Virus record (IMG/VR): IMGVR_UViG_3300037962_000135
Span: 1 to 51,137 of that record
Strand: one strand, 5' to 3'
DNA: 51,137 nucleotides
Source of the DNA: a virus
Lineage: Duplodnaviria > Caudoviricetes
Of this stretch, positions 44,555 to 51,137 are shown piece by piece. Below the pieces are notes generated by a model, which was not told the origin of the DNA, did not search any database, and saw only the letters and a program-made list of their open reading frames with translations. Position numbers and translations under genes: made by a program. The first letter of the stretch is position 1; the number at the start of each line of letters is the position of its first letter.

Positions 44555-45225
44555 GGTTCTATCTCCGTTAATGTAAGACTTGAATAACCTCTTACATAAT
44601 AAACAGTTGCACTATTTGTATGATCTCTATTTAGGTAGATAGTTTTATTTGTACTAGAATCATGGCTGAATCTATAACTGTAAGTTATTGGACTTGTGCC
44701 TCCTGCTGTATCTAGATATTCATGTGTAATCGTAGAAACTCGGCCAGAACTAGTTACATAAGTAGCAGCAGAAACTTGTTGCCTTACACTTGAATCCCCT
44801 CTTGCTGCATCAAGAACTGAGCCAGCTTTAAATAATTGTGCAAAAACTTGTTTATCATCACTTATACCTACCATCAAACTAGCTCTGATTAATATTAAAT
44901 TACTAGCATTAGATGGTGTGATAGCTTTAGAAATAAGATCGCCTGTTAAACCCGAAGAGTTATCATTCGTACCTGCACCTACAGTTTCACTAGCAGTATT
45001 TTTTTTAGACTCTTGAACAACTTGTAAAACTTTTCCACCAGAAGCAATACCAGTAATACCGCTATTTGTAATCGCCATTCTTTCAACACCACCAGTTGAA
45101 AACTTGATAGTGTCAGCAGCAGGGAATGTTATGCCAGTATTACTATCCGTTCCAGTTAAGGCAGGAGCAGATACGCTTCCATCAACCCCAGAAATACCAG
45201 TAGTGCCGTTAATGTTTAATGCCAT
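44551..45225 (-). CDS. Short tail fibre/spike-like protein
   Basis: TGISGVDGS, GKVLQVVQ, ITPSNASNLILI, C-terminal SSLTLTEI. Confidence 0.7.
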   Translation of the reverse strand: MALNINGTTGISGVDGSVSAPALTGTDSNTGITFPAADTIKFSTGGVERMAITNSGITGIASGGKVLQVVQESKKNTASETVGAGTNDNSSGLTGDLISKAITPSNASNLILIRASLMVGISDDKQVFAQLFKAGSVLDAARGDSSVRQQVSAATYVTSSGRVSTITHEYLDTAGGTSPITYSYRFSHDSSTNKTIYLNRDHTNSATVYYVRGYSSLTLTEIEP

Positions 45226-45227
45226 AA

Positions 45228-45845
45228 TTAAAGAATAACAAGGATTGCACCAGATGGCACTGTAACAGTAACACCTGAATTTATTGTAGGGCTTACTGTG
45301 TGTGCATTTTTATTGGCAGTTAAAGTGTAATTCGTTGTAACAGCTTGGTCACTCTCGAAAAACACCTGATCTGTGCCACCTCCAGTAGCTCCAGCACCTC
45401 CACCAAGTTCTCCCCAACCTGTATTTTTATACCCTTCAAACCTGTTTTGATCTGAGTTATATCTAAATTGTCCTACTGCTGCTGTTGGTGCTCCAGACTG
45501 TCCAGGTTGCTGTGCATCAGTACCAACAGGAACTTTTAAAAATCCAGTAGATGACATCGTAACATCACCTGTCATCGTAGGGCTTGCTGCTACAACATGA
45601 CCTAAATTATCTAAACTAATATTTCCTATGGTTACGTATGCGTTATTTGCTGCGTTTCTTATCTTGAATAATGAACTTCCTGTATCAATGTGTGGCTGAA
45701 AAGCTGAGTTTATTGATGGATCGCCAGAACCGCTATTTAAAGAGTTGATAGCAGCAGTAATTTGATTTAATTTTGTTCGGACAGCAGCACCCGTTCCATT
45801 ATCAATGACATACCCTGCCCCACCTGTGTTATCAACTCTAGCCAT
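45228..45845 (-). CDS. Tail fibre anchor/adaptor protein (unit B)
   Basis: N-terminus YVIDNGTGAAVRT aligns with unit A fibre YVIDNSTGANVRT; FRYNSDQNRFEGY; VTVTVPSGAILVIL end. Confidence 0.75.
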   Translation of the reverse strand: MARVDNTGGAGYVIDNGTGAAVRTKLNQITAAINSLNSGSGDPSINSAFQPHIDTGSSLFKIRNAANNAYVTIGNISLDNLGHVVAASPTMTGDVTMSSTGFLKVPVGTDAQQPGQSGAPTAAVGQFRYNSDQNRFEGYKNTGWGELGGGAGATGGGTDQVFFESDQAVTTNYTLTANKNAHTVSPTINSGVTVTVPSGAILVIL

Positions 45846-45873
45846 TTAGAAAAGTAACATTGCTCCTATTATA

Positions 45874-48800
45874 CTATCCTTTTCCAAAACCAACAGCAGC
45901 AAATACAAATTGCTTACTTATAGAAGCATTTGATGAATTTTTAAAATGTATCTGAAAATTACTTGCAGTTATATTTGATATTTCAAAGAAATCACCAGAA
46001 GCTAAGTTCTGAGCAGTGACATTAACTGTTGGTAAATGTTGATTAAGGGTTCCAAGTGCAGACGTTCCAACAAAAAATGGAGAGCTAAATGGAACTGTGG
46101 TTACTCCTGCTGATGAAGTGATAGTTTGACCAGTTCCCTGATCTATTCTTTTTTCTAATTTTGCTGAATAACCTAACTGAAATACTCTAATATCCTGTGC
46201 TGGATCATTACTGGTAAGAACTGTTCTAAATTGAAAACCTCTTGCCTTGAATGTACCGCTTGTAAAGTTTTGAAAATCACTGTATGTAGGCGAACCAGAA
46301 GGATCATCTTGTGTGGTGCGTACAAACAGTTGAGCATCTACATCATTAGCATCTGTTCCATCAAAGTCTGTCCAAGTATCTACATTTGCAATTCTTGAAT
46401 CAATTAAATCTGCTGGATAAAAACCTTCTGTTTTGAAATGCCTAACTAAATCAAGACTAAATACTGCACCTAAATCTAAAGTAGATGCAAAATCATAAGT
46501 ACCTAATGGAGATATTCCTCCAACATCATCTAGTGATCCAACAGCATCAAGATCAGCAATATTATCAAATTGTCCTGCACCAGTTAAGTTAAGAGAATTT
46601 GTTGTTGCATCAAAAGCTGTATTAACCTTTGCACCCTGAAACTTGGGATTATCTAAATCTTCTCTTCTGGTTTGAACAAGTAACTCATCAGTTACTTCTG
46701 GGATATTTACAACAACACTGGCCTCTCCTGCACTAAATCTACCACCATCATCTTGAAATTTAAGAATATACTCTCCAGTGATAGCAGGAACTATTGCTTC
46801 AGTTGAGTTTCCTGGAGCAGCTTCTATTAAATCAACAGCTTTCTCAAACGTACCAGTGCCATCAGTTCCAGAACTATCGTGTCTAATGTAAACTAAACCA
46901 CCATGAGTAACATCAATATCTGTTGATCTGTTCCATTTCAAGCGAATCAATTTACTATTTATCGGTTCAGCAGTAAGCCCCGTCATGTCTGCTGGAATAG
47001 CAGTTTTTCCTGCAAAATCTTTTGTTAATGTAGCTGGCTCTGCTGATGCTTCTAATGCTGCATTTAAACTAAACACCCTAAACTCATAATTCCCTTCACT
47101 TGCATCAAATATTGTGAAATCTGTTCCCATAACAGTGGTGCTAACGAAGTTTCCGTTATCCTTTCTGTACTGAATCCTGTATTGGCTAACACCTCGAACA
47201 GCTTCATAATCAAGAATAATTTTTACTTTTGCTTTTTGATTTTCAACATAGAACTGTTGAGTAGCACTCAGACCAGTAGGAGCATCTTTTAGTTCATTTA
47301 ATATCGTTACATTTCTAACAGGAAGGGGAGTTCCATCTTCAATAAATGCAAACTTTCCTGAATTATAAGCCGTTCCAACGATGGCATAATTATCCTTATC
47401 TTCAGTTACGCTGACAACTCTCCATTGAGTAGTTTCTAGTGTGGTGTTACTTAAAATCCATACACTATTTGCATTTGGAGCCGATGAAAAAGCGGAAGAT
47501 ACTGTAATAACAGCACCAGAAATGTCACTTACAGGCTTAGTTTCTACCGATCCATCGGATAAGATAACGCTAAGCGTTGGATTGTTTGTAGCGTCTAAGT
47601 CTGTATCTTCTGTATTATCTACTGTGACAGTTGTTGTTGTTGCTGACTTTATTCTTCCTCCTCTTCTTAGTCCTGCCCTTACTGGATCACTTACTTCGAT
47701 AACTTGCCCAGGTCTTACAACAACTCCTTCTGATAAACCAGTAGTAAAATTAATTGTTTCAGTAGAATTTTGTTCTTCAAATAATAAAAATCTGCCTAAT
47801 CTTCTTGCCTGACCTCTTGAACTACAACCAAAGCCAGTAATTTTTTTATGTAATACACCATATTTATTTTTTGCTGCTACATCTTCTACAGTTTCAAAGT
47901 CTAATTCTTGATTTTCCATATCAAAATATGACACAGAAACTACAGTTGCCCTTGTTTTAAGACTTGTACCAGAATATCCAAATCCTGCTGATGTTACATT
48001 TGATAAATTGAACAGATAGCTAGGATCTGTAGGTCTATCTTGTGAAATTGTAAGAGAACCAGCAGTCCAGTAGCTTATTGATCTCATTACAGAAGTAAGG
48101 GAATTTACAACTTCATACGCATCCGATCTTGCTTGCAAAATAGTATTGCAGCTAAATCTAGGTTCTTGTCCTCCTGCTCCGTCATCTACCAACTCTGAAC
48201 AATAAACAGAAGCACTATAAAAAGCATATTTATCAAGTTGAGCTTCTGTAATATGATCTCCTAGTCCATATCTAGTATTTGTTAACAAGTCAAATAGAAT
48301 CCAAGCTGGATCAGAACACCAAACTTTAGTTGTAGTAAGCGTTCCATTAAATGTTCCTGTGTAAGTTATTCTTCCTGTTGCAGCTTCTACAGTTCCGTTT
48401 TGAGGTATTTTTATTTTTACTCCACGAACTTTATACATTCTTCTTGGAACAGATGAAAACTGTTCCGAGTCAAACCTTAATGCTGCATGAGCAATATCAG
48501 GATAAGGTCTTTGCTCATCAATAATTTCAGTAAAAGATTGAAAGAAAAATTCATTTCTTAGTCTTGCTGGATCTTCAGCATCCGCAGTTACTCTAGTTAC
48601 TTGAACTGTTATAGGAAAGTTCAGTCCAGAGGGGAGATCAATTCTATAATCTCTGTTATACGCTGAAGAACTTCTTCCTGTAACTGTGTCAGATATTGGA
48701 GTGCTTGTCGTTCCATTATTTTGAATAATTTTTATAGTTAAATCTACTGATGTACCATTAATATCTCCATTGCTTTCAAACTTTTGTAATCCATTAAAAC

Positions 48801-49227
48801 GAATAGTAACTCTAATAGCATTGATATCGGAGTTTGTTATCTGTCTTGATATTGGAGTTCCATTTTCTACCTTTGATCCGACATTAGTTTCAGATTCAAT
48901 ATTGGCAATACCAGAGATAAATGTTTGATTTGACGTACCAAATCTAGGTTCAAACTCTACATCCCTAAAGTTGAAATCGGTAGCTTGAGTGTTTGTTGGA
49001 TCGGCACTAGCTCTTAAAACTGGAGTTTTTCCTAGAAATACATCTTTTAATGCTGCTGTATTGTAGTTAGCTGTGCCTTTTGTAAATGCTGCTGCTGATG
49101 GAAAGCCTTCTATTTCACCTTCACTAAGAACATCAACAATAGTCGCAAATTGTTTACTCGATAAGGCATTAGAAGGTAGCGAGGAATCAACTACTACATC
49201 ATCTTCAGAGCGATTAACAATTCCCAT
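45874..49227 (-). CDS. Tail tip protein, gpJ-like (unit B)
   Basis: Homolog of 7564..11226. Confidence 0.92.
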   Translation of the reverse strand: MGIVNRSEDDVVVDSSLPSNALSSKQFATIVDVLSEGEIEGFPSAAAFTKGTANYNTAALKDVFLGKTPVLRASADPTNTQATDFNFRDVEFEPRFGTSNQTFISGIANIESETNVGSKVENGTPISRQITNSDINAIRVTIRFNGLQKFESNGDINGTSVDLTIKIIQNNGTTSTPISDTVTGRSSSAYNRDYRIDLPSGLNFPITVQVTRVTADAEDPARLRNEFFFQSFTEIIDEQRPYPDIAHAALRFDSEQFSSVPRRMYKVRGVKIKIPQNGTVEAATGRITYTGTFNGTLTTTKVWCSDPAWILFDLLTNTRYGLGDHITEAQLDKYAFYSASVYCSELVDDGAGGQEPRFSCNTILQARSDAYEVVNSLTSVMRSISYWTAGSLTISQDRPTDPSYLFNLSNVTSAGFGYSGTSLKTRATVVSVSYFDMENQELDFETVEDVAAKNKYGVLHKKITGFGCSSRGQARRLGRFLLFEEQNSTETINFTTGLSEGVVVRPGQVIEVSDPVRAGLRRGGRIKSATTTTVTVDNTEDTDLDATNNPTLSVILSDGSVETKPVSDISGAVITVSSAFSSAPNANSVWILSNTTLETTQWRVVSVTEDKDNYAIVGTAYNSGKFAFIEDGTPLPVRNVTILNELKDAPTGLSATQQFYVENQKAKVKIILDYEAVRGVSQYRIQYRKDNGNFVSTTVMGTDFTIFDASEGNYEFRVFSLNAALEASAEPATLTKDFAGKTAIPADMTGLTAEPINSKLIRLKWNRSTDIDVTHGGLVYIRHDSSGTDGTGTFEKAVDLIEAAPGNSTEAIVPAITGEYILKFQDDGGRFSAGEASVVVNIPEVTDELLVQTRREDLDNPKFQGAKVNTAFDATTNSLNLTGAGQFDNIADLDAVGSLDDVGGISPLGTYDFASTLDLGAVFSLDLVRHFKTEGFYPADLIDSRIANVDTWTDFDGTDANDVDAQLFVRTTQDDPSGSPTYSDFQNFTSGTFKARGFQFRTVLTSNDPAQDIRVFQLGYSAKLEKRIDQGTGQTITSSAGVTTVPFSSPFFVGTSALGTLNQHLPTVNVTAQNLASGDFFEISNITASNFQIHFKNSSNASISKQFVFAAVGFGKG

Positions 49228-49845
49228 TTACGCTGTACCTTTTATCTGTACTGTATCAATTCCTGCTGATACTACTAGAGAACCAGCAAAAATTTCTCCA
49301 TAAATCACAGGTATTGCTGTTCCTGCTCTTGATGTATTCTGCACTCCACTAAATGAAAAGTTCTGCGATTGTGGATCTTCTGAAACCCCTGGAGGTTGTG
49401 GAACAGGAGTAAGCATCTGTGCTGCTCCTGATAATGCTAAATAAATACCAAAGTTTCCTGCTGCTGCTGCTAAAGCACTAGGAACTGCTCCTGTACCTAT
49501 AAATCCAATACCGCCACTTCCAAGAGCAAAACCTGCACCTCCAGAGGCTATGGCAACTCCGATTAGTGCAACTCCAGCTAATACTCTTCCTAATCTTCTA
49601 GCACCAGCAGCTACAGGTACTATTTTTATTTCCTGTTCGCCCATTGGGTCAAATAATTGTGTCTCATCAATATCATTTTTTCCCACTTTTACACAATAAT
49701 TTTGTTCCTTCATGTGTCGTTCCAAATTGGGGAAATTTGCCAGTAAAAATTTAAAAGTATCAATAGGTGTTTTAACCTCTGCTTCAAATGTACGCTCTCC
49801 AAGGAATTTAGCTAACCTTCCGTAAACTTTAATTTTACTGAGCAT
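49228..49845 (-). CDS. gpI-like tail assembly protein (unit B)
   Basis: Homolog of 11223..11843. Confidence 0.9.
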   Translation of the reverse strand: MLSKIKVYGRLAKFLGERTFEAEVKTPIDTFKFLLANFPNLERHMKEQNYCVKVGKNDIDETQLFDPMGEQEIKIVPVAAGARRLGRVLAGVALIGVAIASGGAGFALGSGGIGFIGTGAVPSALAAAAGNFGIYLALSGAAQMLTPVPQPPGVSEDPQSQNFSFSGVQNTSRAGTAIPVIYGEIFAGSLVVSAGIDTVQIKGTA

Positions 49846-50539
49846 AGCGATACCTCTTCTTTGTCCATTCTATATACTTTTGGTCATAAGTTTCCCTGCA
49901 ACTAAGTCTTTTCACACAATGATGAAGAATAGTTTGATCTCCAATATAGACAGCAGCATGATCTAAAGTTCCCTGTCCTGAGTCCATAATAAAAACATCC
50001 CCAATTTCTGTTTCAACATTATCATCTATTTCTGTGAAGCCCAATTTAGGTAGAGCATATTCAAATAAGGGTGATTCACTAAATTCTTGAGGGCTTTTAG
50101 GCCGTTTCCAATGTTTTATTTCTATATTTTTCTTTTCTTTATACCAATCAGTAATTAAACTCCAACAATCTTGTATATCCCATACCCATTGTCTGCCTAT
50201 TAACCCTTTTTGATAACCAGATGGTTCAAAATAATGCCATTCTTTTGTTTCTGGGGTGACAATATAAAAAGGTAAATCTAAATACTCACAACTTGCGAGA
50301 TCAGCTTGACTAGGAAATGGTGGTATTTGTGGATGGCTATGAAAAACAGCGATAACTTCGCCAGCATCTTCAGCTTTTATCCAATCATCGGGATCAATAA
50401 TAAATTGTTCACCTAAATCTTCTGCAAGATTTTTACAGGGAAAATACTTTTCTTTACCTTTATAGACAGTTAATAAACCACACGCTTCATGTGGTGCATC
50501 TTTTTCTGCGTGTTTAAGTGCAATATCCTGCCAAGTCAT
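49835..50539 (-). CDS. gpK-like JAB + NlpC/P60 protein (unit B)
   Basis: FHSHP...SQAD, DCWSLITDWY, DHAAVY. Confidence 0.92.
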   Translation of the reverse strand: MTWQDIALKHAEKDAPHEACGLLTVYKGKEKYFPCKNLAEDLGEQFIIDPDDWIKAEDAGEVIAVFHSHPQIPPFPSQADLASCEYLDLPFYIVTPETKEWHYFEPSGYQKGLIGRQWVWDIQDCWSLITDWYKEKKNIEIKHWKRPKSPQEFSESPLFEYALPKLGFTEIDDNVETEIGDVFIMDSGQGTLDHAAVYIGDQTILHHCVKRLSCRETYDQKYIEWTKKRYRYAQ

Positions 50540-51137
50540 CCAACAAACGTACCAATGCCAGGGAAAATATCTCTAGTGGCAATCCTCTTTGGTAATTTTA
50601 CGTTTACCAAGTCTAATGCTGATACTGCTTCCCATTGAACAATATCTCTATTTTCGCTCACTTTTCTGTCTAAAAAATAAATCTCTTGAGGAAATTCTGC
50701 CGTTGGATCGGGAGTACCAAATGGATTAGATTGCGTGGTGGAGGATGAAGTTGTTGTTTGCTGGATAGTATTTGGGTTATTCATTGTGATTGTATTACCC
50801 ATATTATTTCCATGAGTTTGGCAATAATATCGAAGATCATTTGGAGCAGAAGGATAAGCTGGAGAATAAGTTACAGTTGCATCTGTGCCTAAAGTTCCTG
50901 CATTTACAGTAGTTTGCTGCCCACCAGCATCAGATTTTATTCTCAAAGGATGGTTTACATTAGAGCTATGAGATTGATTAAAAATATAAGTTGAACCACG
51001 TTTCATTGTTATAACTGGCTTTTGAACCCCATTTATTGCAAAAACATTTGCACCACCAGAATCTTGAACTACTGTGACAGTATATGTGACAGTTTCCCCG
51101 TCAGCAGGATCGGCTACAGTCTGAGTTGATGTACTTG
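50536..51137 (-). CDS. gpL-like hub protein (unit B), 5' truncated, with inserted domain
   Basis: Frame is open to the window end. NPFGTPDPTAEFPQEIY matches unit A NPYGTPDATAEFPQEIY. Confidence 0.85.
   Translation of the reverse strand, partial: STSTQTVADPADGETVTYTVTVVQDSGGANVFAINGVQKPVITMKRGSTYIFNQSHSSNVNHPLRIKSDAGGQQTTVNAGTLGTDATVTYSPAYPSAPNDLRYYCQTHGNNMGNTITMNNPNTIQQTTTSSSTTQSNPFGTPDPTAEFPQEIYFLDRKVSENRDIVQWEAVSALDLVNVKLPKRIATRDIFPGIGTFVG

Larger units (their letters stand above)
37490..51137. mobile_element. Partial second, diverged genome unit (unit B), syntenic with 1..~13000
   Basis: Same gene order as unit A (NrdR-like, membrane module, fibre, J, I, K, L) with homologous but non-identical proteins. 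Confidence 0.85.

Noticed and set aside
37490-51137. Direct terminal repeat or exact concatemer
   Set aside because: The copies differ by synonymous changes, indels and whole genes, so this is neither terminal redundancy of one genome nor sequencing error.
1-51137. Integrated prophage, tRNA genes, auxiliary photosynthesis genes
   Set aside because: No integrase, att site, host genes, tRNA cloverleaf or psbA/hli motifs were recognised by eye. tRNAscan and HMM searches would be needed to exclude them fully.

Overview
The whole window is tailed-phage DNA, a siphovirus with a lambda-like M-L-K-I-J tail tip. The AT-rich composition and cyanophage-type small proteins suggest a marine, probably picocyanobacterial host, but that is inference. 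One full genome-length unit (A, period about 37,489 bp) runs from 1 to 37,489. It holds a membrane/exported-protein module, tail fibre, tail tip, tape measure, head genes, terminase, an AT-rich early region, exonuclease, SSB-like protein, primase-helicase and family A DNA polymerase. At 37,490 the sequence re-enters the same gene seen at position 1 and continues as a second, syntenic but diverged unit (B) with a different receptor-binding module. No integrase, recognisable endolysin, tRNA, CRISPR array or photosynthesis gene was seen. Main findings: (1) two related genomes in tandem; (2) a conserved module of exported and membrane proteins where a lysis cassette might be expected; (3) an unannotated antisense membrane peptide sharing a CATG start palindrome with its neighbour in both units; (4) an apparent +1 tail-chaperone frameshift; (5) a coupled chain of Lys-rich microproteins around a displaced tail-tube gene; (6) a palindromic iteron-like array inside the primase-helicase gene; (7) a cupredoxin-like insertion in the unit B tail hub protein. 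All family assignments are by motif recognition and synteny; no database search was run.
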